From positions 33,914,001 to 33,978,000 of the forward strand of contig NC_043013.1 in NCBI RefSeq assembly GCF_006345805.1: 64,000 nucleotides of DNA, in the 5' to 3' direction. How positions within the stretch are numbered: the first letter of the stretch is position 1; every line of letters starts with the position of its first letter. This stretch comes from Octopus sinensis (taxonomy: Eukaryota). The notes under the pieces were generated by a model that saw nothing but the letters and a program-made list of their open reading frames with translations, was not told where the DNA came from and searched no databases. This document shows positions 1 to 13,693 of the stretch, piece after piece. The position numbers and the translations under genes were made by a program.

Positions 1-229
1 AAGGTAACGTGACAGAAACAGAGAAAGAGAGCGAGGGAGGGAGGGAAGGAGAGGAATACAGAAAGTGAGAGAAGGAATGAGAGAGAGAGAGAGAGGGGAG
101 AAGTAGGATGAAAGAAACAGACATGTGCACAGTAAAAAAAGCAAAATTGTCATGTGACCATATATCAAAGTTGTAGAGCAGAAGAAAAACTCTTCCCATT
201 TGAAGTGATTATTTCACAAATGAAAGAAT

Positions 230-797
230 ATATACATATATATATATATATATAAATGTATGTATGTATATATATATATATATGTATGGATATGAGTATA
301 TATGTATAGTCATATATGTATATATATATATATCTATATATATCTATATATTATTTAGATATATATATATATATATGCATATATAAGTGTTAATGTATTT
401 ATCAAAAGCTATTCATACATGCACACACGTATGTCAGCGTTTGTGTATGCATACATATATTTGTGCATTTGTGTATCTGTATGACAATGAGGGGTTGCAG
501 TGCATTTATGCATCTACGTATACACACAATTACGTAATACATTCTCAGAACATGCACACACAGAATGTCACAGACACGTGCTCACAAGCTTCCACAAATA
601 CATACCAACAATAAGCATACATACGTACATATATATGCATACATATATAAATACTTATACACACATACACACACACACACAACATATATATACATTGTTA
701 TACACATATATATTCATACCTACACAAATGTATATTTATATGTGAAGATTGCAATATTGTTTTTATAACATTAAATATATATAAAGTTAATTTTAAT

Positions 798-840
<43 letters not shown>

Positions 841-846
841 CATACA

Positions 847-892
<46 letters not shown>

Positions 893-908
893 ATATATAT
901 ATATATAT

Positions 909-945
<37 letters not shown>

Positions 946-1208
946 CATCTATCTACTATATCTACATATATGTGTTTAAGTGAGTGTGAATGTGTGTGTG
1001 TGTATTTATGTATATAAAACTTTATATTATAATTTCACATTTTCTAATCTTCATCTTCTCTCTAAATAATTTAGAAGGGAACTATTTCCAATTTTTGTTT
1101 TGTATTTCCTTTATGTTATATTTTTTTACTCATTTCATGTCAAACAGTATTTCAAATCTTCCTCCAGAACTTGTTCACTCATAAACACATTACCCACACA
1201 TGTGTATG

Positions 1209-1249
<41 letters not shown>

Positions 1250-1306
1250 ATATATATACATATATCATCTATCTACATACATACATAGTATATATATATT
1301 ATATAA

Positions 1307-1345
<39 letters not shown>

Positions 1346-1351
1346 GATATG

Positions 1352-1391
<40 letters not shown>

Positions 1392-1445
1392 TATATATGT
1401 ATGGATATATATATATATATAGATATAATAATATATATTTATGTA

Positions 1446-1500
<55 letters not shown>
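230..1500. repeat. Compound (AT)n/(AC)n/(ATGT)n microsatellite field
   Basis: Direct: long TA runs at ~230-390, 790-960 and 1200-1500; explains the overlapping YI/HT ORFs. Confidence 0.95.
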
Positions 1501-1504
<4 letters not shown>

Positions 1505-2489
1505 ATTGTACCAAAGAAGACAAGTACTCAATATACAGAATTGTCTGTATAAGCGTGTAAGCATGAAACTTAAACATTGGCATACAGTTTTATCACATGA
1601 TTTTCCCCCACCATATATGTGAGAATGCGTACGTGTAGGTGTGGATGCATGCATACATGTGTGTATTTGTACATATATATACATGTATATGTTGTATATA
1701 TAATATATTTATATAATATATATATATATATAATATATATTAATATATATATGTATGTTATGTATGTATGTATATCAATGCCTTAAGAGATCTAATTAAT
1801 ACCTTGATCTTTTGAAAGTTTTCTAACATGAGAAATGAAAAAACATCAACTCATATACATACACGTGCATTGTATGTATGTGTGTGTGTGTCTGTGTGTG
1901 CGTGCGTGCGTGTGTATGTGTGTGTATTTTCATGTGTAACTGTACATTTGTTAATGTTCTGGGGTGCATGTGTGAAACAGCAATGTGTACATTGCTGTGT
2001 ACATCAACATTTAAGCATTTTAAGATGGAATCTTGCATCATAATTCGGGCAAGAAAAAACATTAACTAATATTTAAAATCTTACATCTTTAAAGAAATAA
2101 ACCATATGATGTACATACACATGCAAGTGTATGTATCTCTCTAGCACTATCTTAATGTATGTATTTATATATTTGTGAATGCTTGTGTGTTTGTGAATAT
2201 GTTCAAATTAATGTCCTAGTTTTGTATATATGTGATGCCTAACTAGTAACCCCTTGTTTCTCACCTCTTGCTTCTCTCCCTTTATCGTGTTTTCTTGCAG
2301 GTGCTTCTCTCTGAAGGTTTTATGGGTTTAAGCAAAAGTGTAATTCATTGAATAACAAATACCTGTATGAATTGCCATGTGCAGTGCCTCACATCCAGTT
2401 GAGAAGTGTTTGGAAATGTTTTCTTCACTGATATCAAAAACAAATCTTCCCTCCTCTACTATCACAGGTTTCAAGTTGATAACCTTAGT

Positions 2490-2815
2490 GGTATTAAGAT
2501 CAATGTTGGTAAAAGGGAAAATGGGTTCAGTGAGATGGCTGAAATGCTACAGATGAGGTATTTAGATGTGTGCTGTGTGCAAGAAGTAAGATGGAAGGAA
2601 GCTTCATCCAGACACCACATAGGCAAAAAAAAAGTTACAAACTCATGTAGGTTAATAGCAGTGCCAGTATGGTTAATGTAGACATACTTTTGGCAGACAA
2701 CTGTGCAGCTAGAGTAATTAAAGTAATCAGAAGTATAATTGGATTTTTAGGCTAAGACTAGTCTTAAATAATGCAGTAGTAACACCTGTCTCTGCATATA
2801 CTCCACAATAAGGAT
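2490..2815 (+). pseudogene. RTE-clade LINE apurinic endonuclease (APE) N-terminal fragment
   Basis: Translation KINVG...EMLQMRYLDVCCVQEVRWK and downstream VSAYTPQ match the LNVG/QE-RW/SAYAP motifs of RTE APE domains; stops downstream. Confidence 0.8.
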
Positions 2816-2900
2816 GTTTTTATTAGGCCCCAAGGCCTAGATAGGTTGGGTCAAGCAACTAGATAAAAAACCTTGATTTGCAGCTTAGGTTGAACAGTTA

Positions 2901-3312
2901 CTCTTCTACTCGTTTACTTGTTTCAGTCATTTGACTGTGACCATGCTGAAGCACCGCCTTTAGTCGAGCAAATTGATCCCAGGACTTATTCTTTGTAAGC
3001 CTAGTACTTATTCTATCCGTCTCTTTTGCCGAACCGCTAAGTTACGGGGATGTAAACACACCAGCATCGGTTGTCAATCGATGTTGAGGGGACAAACACA
3101 GACACACAAATACATACATACATACATACATACATACATACGTATATACGACAGGCTTCTTTCAATTCCCGTCTACCAAATCCACTCACAAAGCTTTGGT
3201 CGGCCCGAGGCTATAGTAGAAGACACTTGTCCAAGGTGCCATGCAGTGGGACTGAACCCAGAACCATGTGGTTCGTAAGCAAGCTTCTTACCACAAAGCC
3301 ACTCCTACGCCT
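2901..3312 (-). mobile_element. tRNA-derived SINE family A (bipartite, central microsatellite), full length
   Basis: Minus strand head aggcgtaggagtggc..., B-box-like ggttcagtccc, central (CATA)n, tail gaaacaagtaaac-gag; similar to many copies in the window. Confidence 0.9.
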
Positions 3313-5194
3313 AACATAACTACTTTCATAACTACTTTCCAGATCAATTTTAAATGTAGTTGTTTAGTACTCAAGTCAGCCTTGTTTGAGCAGATCTATG
3401 CTCAAACACATTCCAGCTATGACCATCAAGTCCGTTTTTTTTTTCCTTTTTTAGATACAGCTTATTTAATACTACATTAGGCAATGAATCTTTATACTCT
3501 ATATTTAAGTCATTGTTGCTGTTGTTATTTAACTCTAAGTCAACCTTAATCCAACTGATCAAAGTAATGAGGTTCAAATTATCAACTAGCTGATATTTTA
3601 ATCAAACACTGTATATCTAGGACTATACCCAGTTTGTTCTTAGCTATTTTCAAGCTAAAAGAGTGCAATTTGAGGGAGATTTGATTGCTATTTCTAGAAA
3701 GAATAGTGGAGTACATTGAAAATTCCTTCATTGGCTTATTATCTCTCTGCTATTAATCATCTCTTGTAATTATATTGTCTCCTAATATTATAGTTGCAAT
3801 ATGTCGGTATTTTTCTCTGAAAATAGAGTTGAGAGCTAATAACAAATATTTCCCCTATGTGTTCACAGCAAGGTTAAAATATCTATGGAAACCTACAGGG
3901 GTGTATTTAAGAGGCAAATTATAAATTTCCCTTAGATAGAAAAAAGTTAAATAAACCAAACAAACAAAGAAAGGGAGGAAACATAAAGAAAAATAGAAAT
4001 ATATACAGAAAATAATGAAATATAATATGGAATAGCTAAATGTAAAGGATTTTAATTGAAACCAAAAAGACACACTCGAAATTGATAAAATTAAAATATA
4101 GCATTTTAAAAGTGGTGCGTATGCGTATACACATATATAGACACGTGCATATATACTTATTTGCACATATATTTGTGCATGAGTAGTGTGTATATTTGTG
4201 TATTTAGATAATAATTCATGCTAACATAGATATTTGATATTGCTAAAAGAAGAAAAAAAAAGAAACATATATATATATATATATGTGTATGTTTTCTAAA
4301 AATTTTCATATGGTTTTAGCTGCAAATGAATATAATTAAATATATGATTGTGATGCCAATTTGGTAAAACAATGATACAGAAGAAAATTACTGTGCCTCA
4401 AGGGGTAGAAATGCGAACACAACACAAAACAACAAAACAACCTCATAAACAACAACAGCAACAACAACAGCAACAACAACAAAAAATCATCGAGCGAAAC
4501 GCGATTTTAGATGTTGGTTAATTATTATCTCAAATAGCACTGGAAAAAGCAATGCATTAGAATATAATACAATACAATGAAATACAATATATTCTAATAT
4601 AATATAATACAATGAAATGCAACTGCAAAACAAGTGCAAGGCAGCGCAAAGCAATGCAATGAAACTTAATTAATAATCTCTCATAGTGGTTAGAAAATTG
4701 AAGGGAAATTTTGTAGCTACAGGTTAAATGAACTGGAGAAAATCAAGTTAGTCGGCTTTTGTCCTATTTGTAATAAAGACTATCACGTTGACTGCTTCTT
4801 ATATATACTAATCAATCATTTATGTACAAGAATTATAAATCTCGTTTTTCTCTCAGAACTTACTCATCCACCCCAATCATCCATCCATCCATCTATCTAT
4901 CTATCCACTCGCTTCCTCATTCTGTCTCTTTTCTCTTGTTTGTTTATATGTATATATGAATACATACACCACATAATAACAAACACACACAGACACAGAC
5001 CACACATGCACACACACACACATACATGTACTTACTCATATACAGACACTAGTGTAAGGAAATATGATATATAGATGTGTGTATACATACATATGCAAGT
5101 ATGTACATGGATATATATGTGTATATGTATACACACACACATTCACACATATATACATGTATGTAAATATTCGTGTGTGTGTTATGCATGTATG

Positions 5195-5241
<47 letters not shown>

Positions 5242-5255
5242 GTATGTATATACTT

Positions 5256-7205
5256 TGATAGGTCTCGGCCAATATTGGCCCAGGCCATGCCTAACTTAAC
5301 AGCACCACCTGGCAACGTCATTCAAATCAGGAATCAGACTACGTGGCCCACTCGAGGAGAGAGTTATTGTTTACGGAGACATATCTGGGTGTAGTAGGTT
5401 TATCTGGGAATTTTTGCAGGAATTTGTCCAAAGACTTCTTGAACTTCATGGGTTCTGTTTCTACTTTAATGTATTTTGGTGAAATGTTAAAGAGAGCGGG
5501 GCCAATTGAAGTGAAATAATTGTATCGTATTGTTGTTATGTGATGCGAGTATGATTTATGTTGTCTGCAAATAGCATGGGATCTAAGTCTTAGGTGTATC
5601 TTAAAGGCAATGTCAGCATCATTTGAGCAACACTGATGGAATATTTTCTACATCATGCAGATGATGCAGTGCTCATGGCATCGTTGGAGGGAATAAAGCT
5701 TGAGCTTTTCTACACAACCCTAATAGTAAGGCCTATCATGCCATCTATCTTTTTTGTAATTGACCGTTGAGGTGCTTCAACTTTCATGATGCTTTGTTTC
5801 ATGTAGGGAGACTACAATGGACAACAACAGTATTTAAGATGGGGTTGGGCAACAGTAGAGAAGAGAAGGATAATGGTGTGGATATCTCTCGACTGGAAAG
5901 TTCTGAGAATCCAGGAACACATTCTGCGGGCCATGTCAACTTTACACTTTATATGAGTGGCCCAGCTTATGTTGTTGTCCACAATTACTCCCAAATCTCT
6001 GATGGTCTGGGATGCCATGAGAGTTTCACCTGAAGAAAGGGAGTATGAGAGTTTTAAGGTTTCCTCTTTCTGAAGTGAATTAACTCAAATTTGTCCTCGT
6101 TCAGCAGCATATCATTCTTTTCTGCCCATTACATGACAGCCAGCAGATCTGACTGAAAGCATGCCTAATCACCGACATCATTGATGACCTTCTGGATCAT
6201 GTAATCATCTGCAAAGATTCTTATGTTACTATGCTTGATAATGTTAGTAATGTCATTGATATAGATGGTGAAAAGAAGTGGGCCCAACACAGTGCCTTGT
6301 GGAACACTACTACTGACTTTGGCTGGGCTTGATTTTACTCCTTCAACTACAACATATTGGGTTCTGTCTGTCAGGAAAAACTCGATCCATTGTAGAAACC
6401 ACCCAGAGACACCCATATTGAATAGTGGATCTCATGAGCCACCCTGTCAATGGCCTTGCTAACATCAAGGTAGATGACATCAGTATTCGAACCCTCTCCC
6501 AATGCTCTCAAAATGTCATCAAGGTGATACAGGAGCTGTATTACGCAGTTCTTTCCATTATGAAACCCGTGTTGGCTGGGGTTCAGCGTCTGTTGTTTTC
6601 AAGAAAGTGGGTTATCCGTGATATCACCACCCTTTCAAATACTTTGATGATATGAGAGGTGAGCGAGATTGGCCGGTAGTTCACTGCAAAAAATTTGTTT
6701 CAATTTTGCAAACTGGAACAACAGAGTGGGACAGAAAGCTCTTAGGAATATAACCAGCATCTAGTGAGTTACCCCACAGATAAGCAAGAGGAGATGCAAG
6801 TTGGTGATGGCACAACTTCAGAACACAAGCAGTGAACTTACCAGAGCTAAATTGTGTTTGATTTCGTTTGTTGTCGCTAAGACATCAGGGCCACCAAACG
6901 TTATGTCTGATATAGTGTGTTGAGGATTAACATCACCTATACAATCTAGATCGGCCATATCAGTATTGATAAAAACAGAGCAGTACTGTTTCTGCAGCAT
7001 CTCACTAATGGTTTTGGCATTATTTTGGAGATATTCATTTTCATCAATTAGAGGACCAACAGTGGAGACAGTGACCTTATGCTTTTTTGCAAAAGAGAAG
7101 ATCACTTTGGAGTTGAGTTTGATTTTCAAAAACGGTCCATTTTCTTCTCAGCTGTATTTTGGTTATTGATGATGGTCTTCGTGCAGTGTGTATATGTATG
7201 TGTGT

Positions 7206-7237
<32 letters not shown>

Positions 7238-7615
7238 ATGCATGCATATATGTATGTGTGTGTATGTATGTATGCATGTAGTAGATGCTCACTGGTTGAG
7301 ACCTCCTTGAAAAAAGGGAAAAAAAGAAAGGTGGACAACAATGATTGTCCACCGAAGGAACCGAAGGCTGCAGGAGGGAAGGAAAATCTTCTGGACAAAA
7401 CAGAAGAACTCCAGCCTCCCGTGGCTCAAGTTAAAATAAAGGAAAAGAAAAATGGGACATTTCCGACAGTTCATAACACACTGCAGTCTTTAGGCAACAG
7501 TTCCCAGTGAGAGGTAACTCATACTGTGATGGCCTTTTCATACCAGCAATATTCAAAGTTTCACCAAACTCCCATAGTCAAGCACTTTGTAGCTAAATGC
7601 TTTTACATTTGTACC
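5256..7615 (-). mobile_element. 5'-truncated, degenerate CR1/L2/Jockey-group LINE (reverse transcriptase region and 3' end)
   Basis: Minus-strand motifs NYRPISLTSHIIKVFER (~6690-6640), VIYLDVSKAIDRV (~6485-6445), SVPQGTVLGPLLF..IFADD (ORF 6165-6416); multiple frameshifts; 3' end runs into (TACA)n/(TA)n at 5040-5255. Exact clade not resolved. Confidence 0.9.
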
Positions 7616-7635
7616 TTTATAACCTATGCAAACAA

Positions 7636-8035
7636 AGGCACGGGTGTGGATGTGTGGAAAGAAGTTTGCTTTCCAGCCACATGATTCTAGGTTCAGTCTC
7701 ACTGCATGGCATTTTGGGCAAATGACTTCTGCTAAAGCCTTGGGTCAACCAAAGACTCGTGAGTGGATTTGGTTGATGGAAACTGAAAGAAGCCTATTGT
7801 ATATACATATCTATGCGTTTGCCCCCCCCCCACTGCTTGACAACTGGTATTGGTGTGTTTACATTCCTGTAACTTAACAGTTCAACAAAAGAGAATGACA
7901 GAACATGTATCTGGTTTAATATGAAGTAAAAAAATTGCAGGGGCCAATTCATTCGACTAAAGACTTCTCAGAGCAATGCTCCAGATTGGCCACAATCCAA
8001 TGACTGAGACAGGTAAACAATTGAAAGACAAAAGA
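7636..8035 (+). mobile_element. SINE family A, diverged copy
   Basis: Both arms recognisable; very short central repeat. Confidence 0.8.
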
Positions 8036-8111
8036 TTAATTTGGTATTGAAATCACGAATTGATATCTTCAAAAAATAAAAGGACACATTGGATAATGCT
8101 GTTCTAAAATA

Positions 8112-8673
8112 TTGGGTTGTCCGGAAAGTTCGTGCCGATTTTTAAAGGAAAGAAAAAGGCCAATAAATACTTGCCATTACATTTTTAATCAACTAAATGT
8201 GAACCATTTTGTTGTACAATGCGTCTCCATCTTTCCTTTTAACTTGAAAATACCCTCTTCCCAGAATTCACGTAATTTCATGGCAAAGAAGTCATCAAGG
8301 TATCTTTTTACGTCATCCAAGGAATTGAAATTTTTACCATTAAGACTATTCTGCAGAGACCTGAATAAGTGGAAATCTAAAGGAGCAATATCAGGTGAAT
8401 ACGGAGGGTGGGGTAACACATCCCAGCCGAGCTGCAGCAATTTTTGTCTGGTTTCTAAAGCAGCTATTGCCAAAAATAAACTTTCTTATCTTACATTTTA
8501 AATGGTTACAGAATTAACACAGGTTATAGGAACATAAACCTTCTTCCACGAAAAGATAGGTCAAACTTTGCTCTAAATGGAGGTGTAGTCAAATTTTATG
8601 GACTCAACCATGTTCTAAAGTAAGGCGAAAGGTAAGCTACTATAAATTGGCATGAACTTTCCGGACAACCCAA
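8112..8673 (-). mobile_element. Internally deleted mariner element with both TIRs and TA target duplication
   Basis: TA|ttgggttgtccggaaagttcgtgcc at 8112 and ggcatgaactttccggacaacccaa|TA ending 8673; ORF 8189-8473 encodes HPPYSPDIAPLDFHLFRSLQN (mariner third-Asp motif). Confidence 0.93.
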
Positions 8674-9723
8674 TATAATGTCAAAATTTAAGATGAACCA
8701 TTCAAGTTTTGCACACTAAACAACAACAACAACAAATATACCTTTTATCAAAAAATAGAAAGAATGAGGTTAAAAAGATATATAATAAAAAAGATCGTAA
8801 AATGAAACCTTGCAGTAACCATTGAATTTGTGTACTTTGGTAGAGACAACTTATTCTGGTTAACTGACCAACTAACCAGTAAGGTTCTCCTTCTTCTCAA
8901 ATGCTGCATGAATAAGAAGATGAACGACTGAGCAAAAAAGTTACAAGATCAAACGATTGCCTTGTCGTCTCCATCCTTAAGTTCTAATATTCTAAATGCC
9001 CAATAGGTCAGTCAAGCTGAGATGTGGTAAAATTGATACTTTACACTTGAATAATTAACAACAGCAAAAACATTTTTTGAGAATAAAAACGTAAAAACTA
9101 AAAACAAGGCAATGATTCTCTTTTTAAAACGATCACCTGCTCCAATGATATGTTAACATTGAAATTTAAAAACTAAAAAACAAAATTAAAAATATAACAT
9201 GAATAAAATAAATTTAAAAAATTTTTTTTAAATATTTAATAAAATGCAAATAAATAAATAAAATATTACTGAATATAACAAAATATAGATTGCAAAAAAA
9301 ACGCTAAAAACCTTCAACTAATGATAGCGTGACGAAAACAGAAAATTTGTTAAAAAAGTTAACGTAAAATAAAAGTATATATACAAAACAAAATTGAAAC
9401 AAATCTGTGTATGTGTATGTATGTGTTTGTGCATATATATATATGTGTGTGTGTGTACATGTACGTAATGTGTATGTGTTAAAGACCGTTTGATTTATTG
9501 TCTATTTGTGAATTTTTGTAATTATTTTATTTTTATTTTTAGCATCGCTAATTTTTGATGGTAAAACAAACTGGTAATTAATTCCACCATGTTGACCTCA
9601 CTATTCCTACTACACCACCCCAAACCAAACCATTCCATTCTACACGAAGCAGGTTTCTATGTGGCTGTTCTTCTTGCTAGAAATAGCAGTTAAAATTCGC
9701 CTTCAAATCAAAACGAACACGTA

Positions 9724-10339
9724 ACTTTTATCTTTTACTTGTTTCAGTCCTTAGACTGTGGCCATGCTGGGGCACCACTTTGAAGAACTTTTTGACAAAT
9801 GGATAGACTCCATGACTTTTTTTAAAGCCTAGTACTTATTCTGTTAGCCTCTTTTGCCGAACCACTAAGTTACAGGGATGTAAACACTCCATTACTGGTT
9901 GTCAAGTGGTGGAGGACAAACACAGCCATAAAGACACACACACATATGCACACACATACATGACAAGCTTCTTTCAGTTTCCATTTACAAAATCCAATAA
10001 TAGAAGACACTTGCCCAAAGTACCATATAATGGGACTGAACCTGGAACCACTTGGTCAAGAAGTGAACTTCTTACAACACAGCCATGCCTGCACCTCTTT
10101 TACTCTTTTACTTGTTTCAGTCATTTGACTGTGGCCATGCTGGAGCACCGCCTTTAGTCGAAGAAATCGACCCCAGGACATATTCTTTGTAAACCTAGTA
10201 CTTATTCTATCGGTCTCTTTTGCTGAACAACTAAGATACGGGGATGTAAACACACCAGCATCGGTTGTCAAGTGATGTTGGGGGACAAATACAGACACAC
10301 AACTATATACACACACACACATATATATACATACATATA

Positions 10340-10375
<36 letters not shown>

Positions 10376-10534
10376 CGACAGGCTTCTTTCAGTTCTCGTC
10401 TACCAAATCCACTCACAAGGCTTTGGTCAGCCCAAGGCTACAATAGAAGACACTTGTCCAAGGTGCCACGCAGTGGTACTAAACCCAGAACCATGTGGTT
10501 GGTAAGCAAACTACTTACCACACAGCCACTCCTA
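9724..10534 (-). mobile_element. Two head-to-tail SINE family A copies (9724-10096 diverged; 10097-10534 well conserved)
   Basis: Both show the tail, right arm, central (CA)/(TA) repeat and left arm of family A. Confidence 0.88.
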
Positions 10535-10899
10535 ACATGATCCCATACATACTCTTCAAAAATGAAAATAATGGTCATGGTTCAATTGTGTTTGAGCATA
10601 GGACTGCTACCAGTGGCCTGGGGATAAACAACAATTATGCCAGAACAAACCACAAAATCTAGATGAACTTACAGTTGGTTTAAATGCACATGGATCAAAT
10701 ATCCAAGTGGCTAAATAGTGTTAGCAGAAGGGCACTCAAGAATCATTAAACTGGATGTGACATGGTCCCCTTAGTGCCTAAGAAGTTAAGGGCTGAAACA
10801 TTTGCTTGAAGGAGGGGCTTCTTGACTGAAGACCTTCAGCTGTTCAGTGCTCTTGAGCAATTCTTACCACTACTGTACTGTTGTCTGTCATACCATGCC

Positions 10900-11260
10900 A
10901 TGCTCTTAATTATAGCACATCAAGGAACATCATTCTATGTTATACTAAATTACTTGATAGGTCTCTACATCCCATCACGCTATACCACATTATTCCCCTA
11001 TCACATAATACTAAATCATCCAACAATGCACTGTATAATACCATCCTATACCATGTTGTACCTTACTACATTTCACTGTGTCATTTTGCATCATACCACA
11101 CCATGTAACACCACTCCATTCCACATTGCATGACACTATTCCATACAGCTTTTCAACTTCACCCCACCTCACAACTTCCCATCCTGTCACACAACTCCCA
11201 ACCACACCCTGCCACACAAGATAATTCCAGCCCCTACCACACCACACCACATCAATTCTA
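10900..11260. repeat. Degenerate pentamer (CCAYA/CACCA-like) low-complexity array
   Basis: Recurrent accat/accac/tacca 5-mers. Confidence 0.6.
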
Positions 11261-11519
11261 ACCAATTGGATCCAGTAAATAAAGCAAAGTAAACTTAGCA
11301 ATGTACATTTGAAAGCAAAATCTATTTAAAAATATAGACATAAATATAAATATAAATATAAAGAATTTGATGAGAATTTGGTAAAATAGAGAAGGGTGAA
11401 AAATAAATAGCAACACAGACACCACTCCTAACACACACCTGAGTAAAGAATGAAAGATAGTAGGAAGGTAGAGAAAAACAGGCTGCTGCCCACTCCACCT
11501 GGGTAAGAGAAGAAGGTAA

Positions 11520-11995
11520 ACAGGTATATAGGTAGGTAGGTAGGTAGGTAGGTAGGTAGAGAGGTACATAGGTAAGTAGCTAGCTAGCTAGGAAGGTAGG
11601 TAGGTAAGAATTAAAAAATTCATGTGGGAAATACAGATGGAAAAGAGTGTGAGAGAGAGGAAGGGAGAGAGAGAGAGAGAGAGAGAGACAAACAAAAAAA
11701 AGAAAGAGAAGGGAGCTAGAAAGAAGGAAGAAAAGAAATAAAGAAGGCAAAAAGGAAAAAAAGCATAGAGAGGAATAAAAGCAGGATGGAAGATAACAAA
11801 AAGAAAAGCAAAAACAGAAAAATGAATGAAATAAGAGAAAGAGCAAAATATAAAAAAAAAAGTGAAAGAAAGGAAGAAAAAGATGGAAAGAAAAGAGAAA
11901 TAAAAACTAAAAGATAACGGAAAAGAAAGTGAAAAAAGAAAAGGAAAAGAAAAGGAAAGGAAATAAGCAAATAAATAGAGAGGGATGGTGCACAC
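11520..11995. repeat. (GGTA)n, (GA)n and purine-rich GAAA low-complexity tract
   Basis: Direct; source of the poly-F/S ORFs on the minus strand. Confidence 0.9.
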
Positions 11996-12412
11996 AAACA
12001 AATATACTATTGAAGAATTTTTTGAAAAAAAAAAGAAAAATTAAAAACATTATTGGAATAAATTTTCCTCATGATTTGAATTTCAGCAGAGAGTAAAATA
12101 GTGTGTAATTTGAAACAGGCAATATAAAGAATTAAATGAATAAATAAATGTATATTTAAATTAAAATTTAAAAATATATGTGTGTGTGTGAGTGCATGTG
12201 TGTATACATGTGTATGTGTATCTGTGTGTGTGTGTATGTGTGTGTGCCTTTTTTTAAATAAATATATAGATGAATGGTTTGGATTTTTGAAAAATGTTTC
12301 ACTTCCCAATGTTTTTTTTTTTTTTTGGAAAATGGACAGCTAAGTTAAATAGAAGAAGAAATTAAAATAAATTTGTATCGATAACAACTAAAGAAGATTC
12401 TTATCATACACA

Positions 12413-12449
<37 letters not shown>

Positions 12450-12499
12450 ATGTATCTCATGACTTGGGAGTAAGTGTGACTAGGTAGAATGTCCTTTGT

Positions 12500-13052
12500 T
12501 TTTTATCTTTTACTAGCTCCAGTCATTGGACAGCAGCTTTGAAGGATTACATCTTTTTTCTTTTTGAGCCTGGTACCCCCTTAAAGTAATCCCTCGACTA
12601 TCGTGGGTGTTACATCCCAAAACACCCTGCGATAGGTGAAAATCCATGGAATAGAAACAGTACTGTACTGTGTATTTTTTAAAATTGTTTTCATAATTTC
12701 TATATATTTATTTTATCATAAATGCAAAACAACACCATGGAGTAATCAAACTAAGCTTAAGTAATAAACCGTGACAGATGAACCATGATATGGTGAGGGG
12801 TTACTGTTCTATTAGGTTCTTTTGATGAATCACCAATGTATAGGAACATAAACAAACTAACAATGGTTGTCAAGCAGGGGCAGATGGGACAGTGAGTTTC
12901 TTTCAGTTCTTATTAACCAAATTCACTCGTAAGGATTTGGTAAGCCTGGGGCTACAGTAGGCAACACATGCCCAAGGCACTGCACAGTGGGACTGAACCT
13001 AGAACCATGTGGTTGGGAAGCAAGCTTCTTAACCACATAGCAATTCCTGTGC
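12500..13052 (-). mobile_element. Old SINE family A copy interrupted by a MITE
   Basis: Tail and right arm at 12500-12583, remainder resumes at 12807 (ttctattaggttcttttg...) through the head at ~13050. Confidence 0.75.
12584..12806. mobile_element. Tigger/pogo-type MITE
   Basis: Left end TA|aagtaatccctcgactatcgtgg, right end ccatgatatggtgaggggttactg: imperfect ~23-bp TIRs of the CAGTA type. Confidence 0.75.
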
Positions 13053-13248
13053 ACGTATAATACTTTGGATAATTATTTTAAGTAAATATTTTTGGATAAT
13101 TATTTAATTGCAAGCGGATACAGATACCTTGGGCACATGTCTGCTATACACTTGAGCTGATCAATGCCTTGTGCGTGAAATTGGTGGATGGAAACTTTAT
13201 AGAAGCTTATCATACATGCACATGTATGTATGTGTGTGTTTTTGTGCA

Positions 13249-13559
13249 TAACTGTGGCTTTGAACTGGACAACCACCCACCCTGTTCTCTTGAATCAGTC
13301 CCATCTGACTCTCATCTGCTCCTCAACATGAATGAAAGCATTTCACTGGGAACCAGTACCACAGTGACGATGACATCTTATCTGCTGTTGATGACAATTT
13401 TTAAGCAACAAGATGGAAGCTTTTGCATCAATGGCATCCAAGCACTGCAAGACAGGTGGCAAGAGCTGTGTGAACCACAAAGGTTGCAAAATGAACCTTA
13501 TTTGGTCACATTCCATCAGAGTATCTTGGTCAGTTTAAGAACTTTTCAGCTGATCCTTG
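13249..13559 (+). mobile_element. Mariner transposase C-terminal remnant with 3' TIR
   Basis: CGFELDNHPPCSLESVPSDSHLL (degenerate HPPYSPDLAPSD) and FCINGIQALQDRW; ends gaacttttcagctgatccttg|TA. Different TIR from the 8112 element. Confidence 0.85.
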
Positions 13560-13693
13560 TACACATTCTCTATGCAATATACACAGCACATAGTCTCCCC
13601 AATTATTTACCCAATAATATAATCAATTCTCACAACAAATAGTCCATATAATCACCATTCCAAACTACACCACAAAATACCAATGACAGAGTA

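Noticed and set aside
2260-2400. Strong plus-strand splice acceptor (pyrimidine tract then ttgcAG at ~2300)
   Set aside because: All three frames close within ~60 nt and no convincing donor or partner exon was found; may be chance or a non-coding exon.
3371-3577. 68-aa minus-strand ORF in non-repeat sequence
   Set aside because: Short, AT-rich, Asn/Leu-biased; no homology that I recognise.
10760-10860. ctaagaag...gggctGAAAC and ctgaagacc segments resembling hammerhead halves
   Set aside because: No consistent stems I-III could be built.
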